Source: Spironucleus salmonicida
Lineage: Eukaryota
Length of the DNA stretch: 64,000 nt
Reading direction: 5' to 3'
Assembly: GCF_000497125.1 (NCBI RefSeq)
Contig: NC_090603.1
Span: 806,001 to 870,000 of the forward strand
The notes below the pieces were generated by a model. It had not been told where the DNA came from and ran no database searches. It worked only from the letters and a program-made list of their open reading frames with translations. Positions 11,077 to 24,099 of this stretch are shown in pieces. Made by a program: the position numbers and the translations under genes. The first letter of the stretch is position 1; each line of letters opens with the position of its first letter.

Positions 11077-12699
11077 ATGTCATTTATTTTACCTGGTGAT
11101 GAATAGTCTATTTTCTCAAAAAATCAATTTGAGAACAATTAATATAGAATATTAAGACCTTTCTTACGATCTACATCAAATTCTGCATTTAAACCTCTTC
11201 CTGAAGAAACACTTCTTCGCACTATTTCTTACATCCTTATTGATCTTTTCCCTAATGTCTCTTTATAATAATTTTCACCAAAAGAGCTAACTATTTATAC
11301 ATATGATCGTGTTCGTTCTGTATCTGTAAACTTACGGAAAAGCTATCACATTGATAAACTGCTGGCACCTGTTTCAACACTAATTGCTTGTTATGAACGA
11401 AGCTTGCTAACAGATGCTTAACCTTAAGAAATTATAGATTTTTAGAATGCTAGTTCGAATTGGCTTTTTTTACGAAATGAGTTTTTTGGAAATCTAAATA
11501 TTAGTAAAGTTATCATTTAAGAAGCATTAAATGATGTTGTAGCATTAAAAAAATTAGCTGTGAATTTTTTTAAATTTGGAGATATAATATAAGGAATGTT
11601 AGCCTGTGAAGCATTAGGGAGGGTACGTTTTGCACTTTAAACCAAGAATATCGCTAACGGAATAGATTATACGATAAATAATTAAATTATGGAAAAAGTT
11701 AAACTAAATAACGAGTTTAAATATGATATGATCGAATGGGCATGTCATGAGATGTATTTATGTGATTAAAGCTTCGATTTTTTATACAATCGTTAGTTTA
11801 TTGCCAATTGTTTTAGAAAAACAATACAAGATAATTAATTTGCTAAATTTGTACCAATAAGGGCGACTTGGGCGATAAAACCTATAATTTTACTTTAAAA
11901 TTAAATTAAACCGTTATAAATTACTACAGTAACTCGTAATTACGAAAATATTCAAAAACCAATTATTTAAAGCCGAATACAATTAGAATAATAACGTTCA
12001 GACACACCTTTTATTTAAATTGAACCTATAACGATAAATATCACTCATTAACCTACTTTTCCAACTGTATTAACCTCTAGAGTATGTTAGGATCAAGACC
12101 AGATGGAACCGCCACAAAAGTCTTAAGAAATATCTAAATTAGTATTGAATAGTTTTATTTAAAACCAGAAAGAAGATACGAGTGTATAAAATATTTTTTA
12201 ATAAAAACTTAATTGCGCGTAATTGCCTCTAAATGATACTAAAGTAACTTAACCTATATTTATAATGCCCCAAAGTGCTGAAAAATTAGTCCCACATAAA
12301 GTTATTACTTCAATTCCTTAAGAATAAATACATGCGAATTTCCCTTCTGCACCAAAGTAAGGTGATAGTCCTATAAAATTTTGTGTACAGTCTACTTCAA
12401 AACCTACTGAATAGAAATGCTAAAATAATAAGAATCTAGATGTTCTAAATATACCAACTAAAATAGATCTTTAGAACATACGTGAGATGGTTAAGTTACT
12501 ATAATAAAGACTTCTTTTGGAAAAAATTTATGATGCACAAATCCACGTGTTACATTAAGAAAAATTACGAAAAATTATGGAAGGAATAGAAAATGACAAT
12601 GTGGAAATTTAATCTGCTATATTATCTTAATAGGCTGCATCTCAAGAACCTTATGGAAATGCACGATATATTATTTAAAAATTTTGGTATTTAGACTGA
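11077..12699 (+). CDS. Hypothetical protein, 540 aa
   Basis: ATG and TGA in one frame; coding-like, Gln(TAA)-rich composition. Confidence 0.65.
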
Positions 12700-12999
12700 T
12701 GCTTATCTTTATATTTTGAATTAGATTCTAGTTAGGATATGAGTTTATGATGATATTATTATTATTTTATTTATCATAATATAAATCTTTAAATTGATTG
12801 CAAAACAAGAAATAAGGTTTGTTAATTTGAAAATAATATATATTTAAAAAGGTATATTTTATGTAATTCAACATTAAATGTATATATTTAAGTTTATAAT
12901 TGTCATATAACTTTTATCGAAAACCTCTAAAATATTTAAGAGCATTTATTGTCTCAATATTATTATATTATTAAAAATAAGCGCTATGAAATTTAATAA

Positions 13000-13722
13000 A
13001 TGAAGTATTTTATTTATCAGTATGAGTTGCCTTTTCCAAGTAAAGAATATAACATTGCATAACATTATATAGTTGGATAATCTGAAAAATCTACTTCTAA
13101 TTCAATTGAAATTCTATCTGATGAGCTTATTGAGATGCAGACTGAAAGTGGACCATAAGTGGACTTGAATTCACATAAAATTATTCATATTAATAGAATT
13201 GTACCAAAAACATTATCAAAATTGATTCCAAGCTATGCCGAATAACTTGATGAGAAGTCATAAACTAGAGGGTTTGAAGTTATTACAACTTAGATATGTA
13301 AGAATAAACCTGAGGCCTTTAAGCTTATAATTCATACAATGACTTTTGACGAAAAATAAGTAAAAATTCCAAGTTGTTTTACAGAGTTATAAGGAGAAAA
13401 GAAAATAGAAATTATCGATGTTTCGCTGAATAAAGAAATGGATCAGCTATAGGAGAAAGGTAAAATAAATCATAACAATTACTTCTTAGGCAAATAAAAA
13501 TGCTATTGTATGAAATTAATCTGTATTGAAACATCAATATTTGGGAAAAGCGTTATAGAGTCTGGAATTGGAAGTAAGATGAAGAAGGTATTTATTAATA
13601 ATTTTAAGAATTTGATTAGCTGCTATGATAGCTGGAAAGGATTTGATATTAAAGATATTAAAAATCTAAGATAAGGTAAGGGCGTAGAATAAGGAGAAGA
13701 ATTTCAAGATGATGAAAAATGA
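13000..13722 (+). CDS. Phosphatidylinositol transfer protein (PITP, START-like class), 240 aa
   Basis: YELPF..EYNIAQHY, SHKIIHI...VPK, DEKS, CYCMKL and CYDSWKGFDIKDI match the PITP layout. Confidence 0.8.
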
Positions 13723-13732
13723 CAATAGCTTA

Positions 13733-13978
13733 TCACTAAATTTTTTCTAAAATTTAATTAACAAAACTTTAATTGATCTCCTTTTATTAAATAGTTCGCG
13801 TAAGAGCAAAAATAGAATTAGATGAAAACGGATGCTATTAAGGTTATTCTGGGTAATATGAGTCTGTTTTATTAAGCCAAAATGGTATATGTGCATTATA
13901 TGTAGTTCTATTATCACCTGTTAATAGCTTTTCTTTTGAATAGGGAAGTTATATTTCTTATTGATATTTTCTATTCAT
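13733..13978 (-). CDS. Small hypothetical protein, 81 aa
   Basis: ATG-TGA code-6 frame ending TAGTGA. Confidence 0.5.
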
Positions 13979-14088
13979 TTAAAATTTAATGACTATATTA
14001 ATATATTAAGTACTCTAGTAGTTTATATTTTATAGAAATATTATAAATTAATATATTATATATATCATAAATCATAAATTTTCTAATT

Positions 14089-15360
14089 ATGTCTGATGCG
14101 CTAGCATCGTTTAGATCCGCATCAGAACAAGCTTCTCAACTTAAATCCAACGTTAATAATAGTATAATAAATTAGAATACTACTCATAATTCTGCTTTCT
14201 ACTCTAATAATTCAATCAACTCAAATAATTCATTTTCATCAACTAATTCACCACGTTAAAAAAATCAACACAAGCAAAGCTTTGCACAAAATATCGCCAA
14301 TTATTAGGAAATATCTGCGAAACCTCCTTAAGCTACTCCTGATTTGGCTGTTCTTTATGAAAAAATATCACTTAAAGATAGAAAAATCAGAGAACTTGAA
14401 AATGAAATATCATTCATTTCTGATCAACTAGTATCATTAAAATCAGCTTCATCGAATGATTAAAATTTCACTATTTTAAACGATTTGACTATAGCAAAAA
14501 CTTAAATTTCTGCATAAAGAAATGAAATTAAAATACTTAAAGCATCTTTAGAAACTCAAGAAATCACAGTATCACGTCTCAAGGTAATTTTAAGTTTTAG
14601 AGAGAAATAGCTTGCCATTTAGAGCGAAAAGAAGCCTCCTCTCACCGTCAAAAAGTAGAAGCTATCTGAAGAAGTAAAAAATCTTATTTTGGCAAATAAA
14701 AAACTATCAGAACAATTATTTAAAAACCGTGAGAAATTGACACGGGAATAATTTCTTGTTCTTTAGTAAGAGAAAATAACAGAAGCTGTAGAGATTGAAA
14801 CACGTATTATTTATGAGTAAAAAGCAGAAATTTTGGATTAAATGAATATACTGAAATAAGAGAATAAATAGCAACAGAAAATTATTCGCATACTTGAAAC
14901 TGAAGCTTCTAAATCTATAGAGGCAACAGATTCAAAATTTAGAAAATAAATTGGCGAATTAAAATAGGAAATACTAGATTTGGACAGTTAATTGGGTAAT
15001 AAAAATCGATAATTAGCAACAGCTTAAAATCGCACAAGATCTTATGAATAACAAACCCTTATATACAAAGATGTTTCTGAATTAAAATCAGAAGCTATAA
15101 GTAGGCATCTACGCAACAATAATGATTTGAAGTTAGAAATGAAAATGCGAAATTATGAGACAAAGTCTATACTTAAATCGGCCAGTAATTAGATTTCAGA
15201 AAAATTAATGCAAATGAAACGTGAAAATCAAAAAATCTGTTAAGAATATAATATTTTGGCAAAAAAAACGAGCTCAGAAACTCGTGCTGAAGAAAAATTG
15301 AGGGATATATATTAATAGCTAAACGAGATTAAAGAGCTCACTGAGTGACTTGAAATTTGA
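14089..15360 (+). CDS. Coiled-coil protein, 423 aa
   Basis: Code-6 frame; Ser/Asn-rich N-terminus followed by E/K/Q-rich heptads. Confidence 0.75.
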
Positions 15361-16003
15361 ATGATTTTCCTGATAAAAACAAAGAAATTTCATCTAATTA
15401 ATTCTAATTAAGATTTAGTTTAATATGATAGGTTATTTACCTCTATAAATGTATAGAAAAGGATTTATTTTAAAAACTTGTATTAAGGTATAACAATTAT
15501 ATATTTTCATTTGCAAAAATATCGAATTTAAGCTATTATTAACTATTTATTGGTATATCTGTATCCTTAGATAATTCAAAGACACTCATTTATCGATTTC
15601 TTAGATAAAATAAAAGCTAAATTTATAGATCTAAAATACTTGGTTGAAAAGCCAATGATGCCTATACTTACATCAGAAATGTTTGATCTGTTTAGATATT
15701 TATAACTTCGTCCTTGCACTCTGCCGCTAAAATAATGAGACCCGAAATCAAGTTTCTAGAGTATGAAGAATGTACAGTATAATGATATAACATTGTTTCT
15801 TTTGTAAAAATTTTTAGTTCGTTGTTATCAGCTATTATGCGATAATATGATATATTATGTTAAAGTTTTTCTGGGAAAATAATTGGGATAGCAAATTTAT
15901 TAGGAATTTTTAGATCCATTTATCGTATTAGTTTTCTATATCGTGTGACCTGAGATTGGATAAGGTCATTGTGTAGGTTTAGTATTTTGTTAAACTTTGG
16001 CAT
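15338..16003 (-). CDS. Hypothetical protein, 221 aa
   Basis: Open code-6 frame ending CAGTGA; 3' end overlaps the convergent gene by 23 nt. Confidence 0.55.
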
Positions 16004-16051
16004 TTACTGATTATAAATATTATTTATATTATAGTAAACCTTATTACAAAA

Positions 16052-17164
16052 ATGATAATTTTCGCTAAAAACAAATAAATCGTTAAATCTCAATAAATTG
16101 ATCAACCAATACTTTAAAACCTACTAAATACAACTGATACCTACTTTGCGACTGACTTTCCAGCGTTTCCAAATGCTTTTAAATCTCACTACCTCAACTC
16201 AACCTTTATTTACATGAACTAGTTTGTTTAAATCTCTACAATTTCCCCAATGATGGACCATTTATGCTAGATATTCTATTTTTATTACGCAAATGATCTG
16301 CCAAAAGATTCAGATGACTTGATTATATCGACGCTCAATTATCTAAAATTGACTATAATGTCTTAAACAGAAATAGCTAAAATTTCAAGTAGTTTCAGAC
16401 CATTTGTAGTACAAAAAAGCAATTCAATTGTTCAAAAATTAATATATGAGGATTATAATGTCCTGAATAACTGTTATTGCATATATCACTCCGTTTAGTA
16501 CAAAAACTTGTGTTTATCAGAAATCGGCGCCCCGAAATTTGTTTTTGGGTTGTTGCATCGCATCTTACATTCTTAAGACAGAGTAATTTAACGTGAAATT
16601 TGCACTCCGGTGTTTGATGAAATCATCGGCACTGCTCCCCAAACTTGGATTTTAGATAAAAATTTCGATTTTAAGGGATAGGCTGATTAGTTAGAATTCA
16701 GTCCAAATTCGAGTTTTTAGTCCAAATTTTCAAAACCTGCCTATCTAATTTTCAGCCAGAAAGACGATATTTCATGCCTAAAAATTGTTACTGGAACGCT
16801 GCGCCCTGAGATAATTTTGGGAACGAATATTGTCGAAATGCTTAACTAGCAGAAATACATGAATAGCATTCAAATGATAGTTACGAATTCAATAGAAACC
16901 CTCGAAAAATTAGACTTGAGAAGCGGAGAAATTGTGTTTTAAAATAATAAGCTATTTTGTATTTCAAATTTAACCCTATAAATGGATTTGGTTGAGAGCA
17001 TTATTAAAAATTTATATTTCAAAGAGAACGAAAAGTATGAAAATTTGACTTCTGATAGTCAGATTATGAGTATTGGGTATAATTTGTATGTTGGAAGAAC
17101 TGAAAATTGCATTGTTATTAGCTAGAGATAAGATATGGAAATTGATATTTTTAATGGCTTATGA
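16052..17164 (+). CDS. Hypothetical protein, 370 aa
   Basis: ATG and TGA in frame; AGTGA immediately after the stop. Confidence 0.65.
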
Positions 17165-17215
17165 AGTGAGAACATATATTATTATATACCAAATTAAGAT
17201 ATTTAAAATATTATA

Positions 17216-18049
17216 ATGCCAAAATTAATTTCAACAGAAATTATAAGTAAGCAGAAGATCAATCTATAGTTACATCCATATACATAATTTTTAGCAGCTT
17301 CTAATAATCAATTCCTAACTAATTTACTTCCGTGTAACACATAACATATATTTAAGTATAACCTATAAACAAAAACTTTTCACTATTTAGAATATTCTAA
17401 TAACATATTAGTAACTAAATTCACAAAATTATTCACCCATATTATAATTGGAGTATTTGTCAGTGAGTAGACTGCGTCTATCCTCTATTTCTAAGGGTCC
17501 CTGGCTGAGCTTAATTTAGATACATTAAGTATCAACCAAGAAAGAAAAATATTCACACCAATTTTTGCATTCTCAAGTAATTCTTTAATCAAAGTTATAT
17601 AGTAAAAATATGTGGTTTGTAATGATAGTATTCAAGAGTTTTAACATTAATTTGGCTTCAATTTTAAGAATATTATTACAGATGGAAACAATGTATTTGT
17701 TACTAATTAAGATGTTTACTAAATCAATAAGTAAGAAATTAAGAAATATAATGTTGGTCTTTTGGGGATTACATAATAAGGATGGGAAGTTGTATAAAAA
17801 TAGGGAAAGTTATATATGGACGGATAATATTTGTAGAATGGAGTATTTATAACCATGTGGATGGAATACTTAGTGGAAAAGCGTGATAACGGTTTGTAAT
17901 TATATAAAATAGTAGACTATTGTAAAATAATGAAATATAACATGTATGATGGCATTACAGACATAATATTCAGTTTTGAAGGCATGTTAATGCAAAGAAA
18001 TGGATCTTTGTTATGGTTTAATAATTTTTATATAGATGATAATTAATGA
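17216..18049 (+). CDS. Hypothetical beta-strand-rich protein, 277 aa
   Basis: Frame translated through without a TGA. Confidence 0.6.
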
Positions 18050-18122
18050 TATTGTAATATTAATATTATTGCCTTCCAGAATATCCCTGTTCGGAAAGCT
18101 TACGCCGGAGCAGACGCTGAAG

Positions 18123-19445
18123 ATGCGCTCTTTGGCCGACGAGTACCTCGGCTTCCTCAGCAAGTACCACGCTGACAGGGAGCGCGTCCAGTGGGCCCAG
18201 GCCCTCCTGCTCTCCAAAGGATTCGTGCATCGCGAGCTCGGCGACGAGGCCGGCCTCCGCCCCGGCGACAGGTTCTTCTACGTGAACCACCACAAGAGCC
18301 TGATCGCTGGCGTGTGCGGCACCGCCACCGCTGACTCGGGCTTCACCTTCGTGGGGGCGCACGGGGACTACCCGCACTTGGACCTCAAGCCCAACTTCGT
18401 GAACGCGATGAAGGACCAGGGCGTGGTCACGCTCAAGTGCCACTACTTCGGTGGCGTCAAGAAGTACCAGCAGGCCACCACGCCCATGATCCTCAAGGGG
18501 TTCGTGCAGCGCCCCGACGGGCTGCACTCCTTCACCGTCGGCGACAAGCCCTCCGACCCGGTGTTCACGATCCCCGACCTGCTCATCCACCTCTCGTCGG
18601 AGCAGGCAGAGCGCAAGATGCGCGACGTCGTGAAGGGCGAGGAGCTCAACACGCTCGCCATGTCGGCCCCAGCGGACGACACGGTCGAGATGACGCCCGC
18701 CTTCCTGGCGCTCCTCGAACGCGAGACCGGGGTCACCGCCGCCGAGGTACCCTTCTGCGAGTTTCAGCTCTTCCCCGCCTTCCCCGCGCGCTTCGTCGGC
18801 CTCGACCGCAGCATGATCGGCGGTCCCGGCCAGGACGACGGCATCTGCGTGTTCACCGAGATGCACGCCCTGGTGGACCTCCAGGACACCCCCGCGGCTA
18901 CGGCCGTCGCCTGCATCTATGGCTACGAGGAGACCGGCTCCAGCGGCTGCACGGGCGCCCAGTCCGGCTCGCTCGTGTACACCCTCAAGGACGTCATGTA
19001 CGCGCTGGGCCTCGCCGAGCGCCAGCACGCCCGCGCCTTCTACAGGTCGCTGCTGGTCTCGGCGGACGTCACGGCCCTCTTCGACCCGAACTTCCCCGCG
19101 GTGCACGACAAGCTCAACGCCGCAGTGATGAACCGCGGCATCGGGCTCAGTCGCTACACCGGCTCTGGGGGCAAGAACGGGTCGTCCGAGGCCCCGACGG
19201 AGCTGCTGCACGCCATCCGCACCTGCGTCGGCGACGACTTCCTCTACCAGTTCGCCAACCTCGGCAGAATCGACATCGGCGGCGGCGGCACCATCGCGAA
19301 GTTCATCGGCGAACGCATGAACGCCCCCGTGGTGGACATGGGCCCCGGCCTCCTGAACATGCACAGCCCCTTCGAGGTGTGCGGCGTCGCGGACCTCTGG
19401 AGCGCGTACGAGGTGTACGGCAGGATCTTCGCCAACCACAAGTGA
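18123..19445 (+). CDS. M18 aminopeptidase copy lacking the original start codon (ATA at 18081); 440 aa from the next Met
   Basis: ATA TCC CTG TTC GGA here versus ATG TCA CTA TTC GGA in the left copy; the rest is nearly identical. Confidence 0.75.
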   Translation: MRSLADEYLGFLSKYHADRERVQWAQALLLSKGFVHRELGDEAGLRPGDRFFYVNHHKSLIAGVCGTATADSGFTFVGAHGDYPHLDLKPNFVNAMKDQGVVTLKCHYFGGVKKYQQATTPMILKGFVQRPDGLHSFTVGDKPSDPVFTIPDLLIHLSSEQAERKMRDVVKGEELNTLAMSAPADDTVEMTPAFLALLERETGVTAAEVPFCEFQLFPAFPARFVGLDRSMIGGPGQDDGICVFTEMHALVDLQDTPAATAVACIYGYEETGSSGCTGAQSGSLVYTLKDVMYALGLAERQHARAFYRSLLVSADVTALFDPNFPAVHDKLNAAVMNRGIGLSRYTGSGGKNGSSEAPTELLHAIRTCVGDDFLYQFANLGRIDIGGGGTIAKFIGERMNAPVVDMGPGLLNMHSPFEVCGVADLWSAYEVYGRIFANHK

Positions 19446-19454
19446 GAGAACACA

Positions 19455-19682
19455 TCACTACTGCTCCAGCGCGGCTATCTTCTCGAGGTAAATCTGCTGC
19501 TCCTGCAATATCCGGCCCTCGCGCTCCGTGAGCTCCGCTAGCTGCGTCTCAAGCCCCCGCAGCTCCGCGTCCACGGCCGCCACGCCCTCGGCCACCTCAG
19601 CGTCGTACTGGGCCGTGCGGGGCGTCTGTCGGAGCAGGAGGTCCTGGATGAAGCCGGCCGCCACGAACTCGCGCTCGTCCAT
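19455..19682 (-). CDS. Small coiled-coil protein, 75 aa (IR1 copy)
   Basis: Mirror of 8574-8801. Confidence 0.7.
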
Positions 19683-19691
19683 TTGGAGTGG

Positions 19692-20066
19692 TCACTTCCC
19701 GCTCCCCACCATTCGCTGCAGGCGGATTGCGCTCTCGTTGGGGGCCAGCGCCACCCAGTTGGTCGGCGTCGCAGCGCTGCTGGCAGGCCGGGGGGTGGCG
19801 CGCGGCGGCCCGATCCTGGACCGCGGGTGCATGGTGGACACCTCGCAGAACACGGCCCGGGCCTGGAACTCCAGGCGGGCCCTGCTAACGTCGAAGCGGA
19901 ACATGCGGGGCGGCTGGGGAGTCGTCCCTCCCTCCGGGACGTCCGGGGGCCGTTCCGCCGGACAGGGCGCGCGGGGAGCCAGCAGCGGCACCACCACCGC
20001 CTCGAAGTCGTCGCTGAAGAAGGCCTGCGCGCGCACCGGCCGCGGGTTCTCGCGCGTGAATAGCAT
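19692..20066 (-). CDS. Hypothetical protein, 124 aa (IR1 copy)
   Basis: Mirror of 8190-8564. Confidence 0.6.
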   Translation of the reverse strand: MLFTRENPRPVRAQAFFSDDFEAVVVPLLAPRAPCPAERPPDVPEGGTTPQPPRMFRFDVSRARLEFQARAVFCEVSTMHPRSRIGPPRATPRPASSAATPTNWVALAPNESAIRLQRMVGSGK

Positions 20067-20095
20067 TTGGAGTGGGCTCTCTGCGACGGGTCATA

Positions 20096-21724
20096 ATGTC
20101 GACCGGCCTGCACCTGCTGCGCGCCCTCCGGCACCGCGACTTCGCCCTCGCCCCGGAGGCCCTGGCGCCCCTCTTCTCGCCCTTCGCTGACTTTCACGCG
20201 CCCCCGCGGTCGTCGGCCGCCCTGGAGGACCTGCTGGCCCGGGTGTTCGCGCTGCGCCTGGCCCCGGACGAACGCGAGGCGCGCGCCCTGGTGCAGGAGG
20301 CGGACCCTTTGGCCGCCCAGCTGCAGATGCTGCGCAGCTTTCCGGCGGTGCTGGCGCTGGCCCGGCAGCGGCAGGTCTTCCAGCTCGTGCTCGTGTTCAA
20401 GAGCGCCCACTTCACCGGCTCTGAGGTGGGCGCAGAGGTGCTGGGCATGGCGCTCGCGAACGCGGGCTACTTCCGGGCCCGCGAGCTGGCGGCACTGGCC
20501 GGGAAGGTGGACGGTGCGCGGCTATCCCTCCAGCACAAGGTCGCTCTCGCCGCAGTAGACGACACGATTCTATTGGAGCTCGTCGGTGCTGGGTAACTGG
20601 CCCCGGAGCACCTCACCACGGACCAGCTGTGCGCGGCCGTCCCGGCGATCCCCACGGGCGCACTCTGTGCCTGCATCGGCCAGCGGCACCTCTCAGCACG
20701 GCACATCCTGCAGCTGGGCGAGGCGCTGCCTGAGAACGGGCTCGTGCTGGAGTTCCTCTGCTTCACCGCCCTGCGCGCTGGCTCCTTCAGCGCCGTCCTG
20801 GCCCGCGACGGCGACGACAACGCGGCCTTCTACGCCGAGCTGGAACGCCTCCCCACGGTACCAGAGCGCATGCAGTTCCTGGGACAGAGCGAGAGCGGCT
20901 GGCTGCATGCCACGGGCCTCATGCTGGTGTACTACCGCGAACTGGCCGAGGGGCGGGCGACGTCTGCCGTGGCGGTGGCGAGGGAGCTGCGGGTGCTCTT
21001 TGCGGAGGTCCCCGGGATGCGCCTAGCGGAGATGTTCTGCCTGGTCGAGTTCGGGGAGGTGCTGGACCCCGGCCTCGCCTCGCCTGAGTTCGCCGCGCTG
21101 GTGTGCCCCTTGCTGAACCGGCCCGCGCGGTGCCTGCTCGCAGCGCAGGCCGACGTGAGCACGGCTGCTGCGGTAGTGTGCCTGGACTGCGAGGTGCTGG
21201 TGGCGCTGGACGGCCCCAGGGTGGGAGAGATCGCGCGCCACTTGGGGGCCGAGGGATCGGACCTTCTTGCGCTCTGCACGCTGTACCCCTATGCGGACCA
21301 GGCGCTCGTGCAGTAGACCGTGGAGCAGCGGGGCGTGCTGCACCAGCTGACCACCGCAGAGAGGGACGCGTTCGAGTTCGCCTCGGGCCTGCTGCCGGAC
21401 CGGGGGCGACTGGCGGCCCTCGCGTCGCTCCTGGACGCCATGCATCACCCCACGCCATGCGACTTCGATGACATCTACATGGCACTGCTCGCTGCGGACG
21501 AGCTAGTGGGAGGTCTGGGTTTCCGGGCGCTGGCCCTCTCTGCCGCTGCGCTGGAGCGATACTTCGGGGGCCTGACCGCGGCGCTGCGCCAGAACGTGCT
21601 ATATCGCTACTTTTCCACCGAGCTGATGCTCTTCGTGCCCGCATTCCTCCCGGTGAGCGGCCTCTCCCGGCACCAGGTGGCGGAGGTGCTGGCGTACCGG
21701 TACTGGGCGGCACAAGAGGAATGA
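20096..21724 (+). CDS. Hypothetical helical protein, 542 aa (IR1 copy)
   Basis: Mirror of 6532-8160. Confidence 0.75.
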
Positions 21725-21726
21725 AA

Positions 21727-22812
21727 TCACTGAGTGGGCGTCACGGGCTTCCCCATTCGCTGCAGATCCATGCAGGAGGCGATCCGCTTGCACGCCTCGG
21801 CAGGGTCGTCGGTGAAGGACGTGTTCTGGAGGCACTGCAGCATCTCGCCTCGGAGGCCGTCCAGCGTCCCGCTGCGGGCCCGCATCTGCACGTCGTCCAG
21901 GCCGACGGTCCGGTGGCAGAAGAACGCCCGAAGCACTACCCCCGCAGCGAGGACCACGATCGCGATCCCGAGCACCGAGATGAGGAACATCGCCTGCCCG
22001 AGCTGAATCTTGAGCTCATTGGCCTCCTTGGTGAGGTCCAGCAGGTCCTGGTTAATCCGGACGAACAGGTTCCTGCTAAGCGCCTTCTCCTGCTGGAACT
22101 CGAGCCCGAAATCGCCATGGTCCGCACCACTCACCGGGGCGTGCTGGAATTACCGCATGAAGAGCGTCTCGTCGAAGTTCTGCTCCAGCATCTTGAGGAT
22201 GTTGTTTCCGTACACCCCGATGTTGCCGATCTGGCACATATGGAACTTGTTCTCGAACACGCTGAACTCAAAGCGGATGGACTTGACAGCGTCCGGGTGG
22301 TCCACCTTGAACATTCCCCCGCGGGAGTTGAGCGCAATGTTGCCGACCTCGACGCCTTCTGCGGACATGCGCACCTGCCGCAGGTTGGATGCGAAAGGCT
22401 GGCTGGAGAAGAAGTTGAGGTACTGGATGTGAACTGGCCGAATGAATGTGATCTGCATTGCGTAGAAGTCGTTCCTGCACGGGAACACCACGCTCTTGCG
22501 CGATTTCAGCAGGCTCTTGCAGTCCGGAATGTTGCAGGAGTTGATGAAGGCGTTGTATTCCTGGGAGGCGTAGTTTGCGGTGAGCTGCTTGATTTCGTTC
22601 GTATACGGCAACTCTATAATGTTCCTCGACGTAGGCGGTACTGCAGGCTGGGCCCTGGTCATCCAGTTGAAGTTATGTGTTAGATGCTGCTGAATTACAA
22701 TTATTGAAAATGTTAATAGAAAACTATAGGCGAATAAATTCATCCGTAATGACCTCTAAGGTACTACATCACGTTTCTATTTATTTTACTAATCATTGCA
22801 ACAATAACTCAT
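21727..22812 (-). CDS. Mid-SUN (Slp1/SUCO-like) membrane protein, full-length copy, 361 aa
   Basis: Frame extends beyond the arm into AT-rich DNA (MSYCC...LFAYSFLLTFSIIVI, a TM helix). Internal TAA at 22150-22152 corresponds to CAA in the other copy. Confidence 0.72.
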
Positions 22813-22917
22813 TTATCTAAAAATTAGTATTAAATTGATAATTATTACTTTATAATTTAATATAACTTATTAGTATTATTATCTTATAGATTAAGCCAGT
22901 ATACTAAAATATTGAAA

Positions 22918-24087
22918 ATGTTCAAAAGTTGTTCAAAGTCTTAACAGCATAAAAATCAGTTCATTAAGTTTACAGAAGATGCTATTATATCATAACATCC
23001 TATAGATTCTAATAATTGTCTTTATGGCACCTCGTAAGGTCAATTATTTCTTTACTCTTTTGATACCAGGATTCCATAACTTATTGCATAATTCGAATCA
23101 GATGCAATTAGAACAATTGACTGTTATAATCGTGAAGCATTTATAGGATGTTAATCTGGCTCTGTTTATTTGATAAATCTGTCTGCTCAACAACCATCTT
23201 TATTAGGAAAATTAAATTCAGCAGTAACCAGATTATATATTTTTGGTGGAGGAAACAACCTTTATATCTATGCTGCTACAAAATCTTGTAGACTTTCAGC
23301 TTTTCAGCTTGTACTTGTCCGATCTTCGTTCTCTGGTAGTCTTAATAAGTAGCCCTCATCAGATATTTAAAAATAAACATAGACAATTTTGCAGATCACA
23401 TTAGAAGAAAATATATTTGTTAAACATAATTTAGAACTTTTATAGTCTGAAGAAGAGTCTTCAGATAGTAAAATTAGTCACGTACATTCTTATATTAACC
23501 TAGTAACTTAAGATCCAAATAATCCAGTTCTTCCATCATGGACCCAAAAATATCACTTTGCAACCCCAACTTACCTTCATGGTTGTGAAGGAATCATAGC
23601 ATTTTGTGCTGAGGACAAAACTGTCCGTTTTTATAATATTTTAACCTTCCAGGAAATGAGCGAATTTAGGCATGACAGACTATTCCCAACCAGTTGCCAT
23701 ATGTTTGAGAAACTATTTAGAGGGCAAAAGACACTATTTTGTATCATTGGATATAATGGTACTGGTACAGATGGAGGGGAAGTTTTTATGATGAATATCA
23801 AAGAAAACGATGTTTTCAAAGTTGATTTAAAATGTCAATTTATCGGTGGAATTCGAGCAATATCGTGCATTGATGAAAAGATACTCATCTCTGATAGGGT
23901 TTGTTGGCGTATTTTTGATCAGGAATATCAATAAATTGCAAAGTATGAGTTTAAAGACGAAAATCCGATAAGACTGGAATATTTTGAGAATGGTAATGAA
24001 ATTATACACTATCTTACATATAATTAGGGTGTATGTGGTAGAGTTAAGTGGAACGGTGCCGCATTTAAGACTGATTTTATTGAGTGA
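22918..24087 (+). CDS. WD40-like beta-propeller protein, 389 aa
   Basis: YGTSQGQLFLY, IGCQSGSVYLI and CAEDKTVRFY blade-like motifs; joins track ORFs 23170 and 23656; ends GAGTGA. Confidence 0.7.
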
Positions 24088-24099
24088 AAAATGAATAAA

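Larger units (their letters stand above)
18090..22672. repeat. IR1 right arm
   Basis: Reverse complement of 5584-10166. Confidence 0.97.

Noticed and set aside
18036-18080. ATG at 18036 as the start of the right aminopeptidase copy
   Set aside because: It lies inside the upstream gene (17216-18049) in another frame, and the extension is low-complexity AT-rich sequence. Unlikely, though not excluded.
5584-22672. GC islands as bacterial HGT, contamination or a composite transposon
   Set aside because: Arm genes use in-frame TAA/TAG and AGTGA stops like the host, several are eukaryote-type, ORFs continue in frame into AT-rich flanks, and no transposase or target-site duplication is visible.
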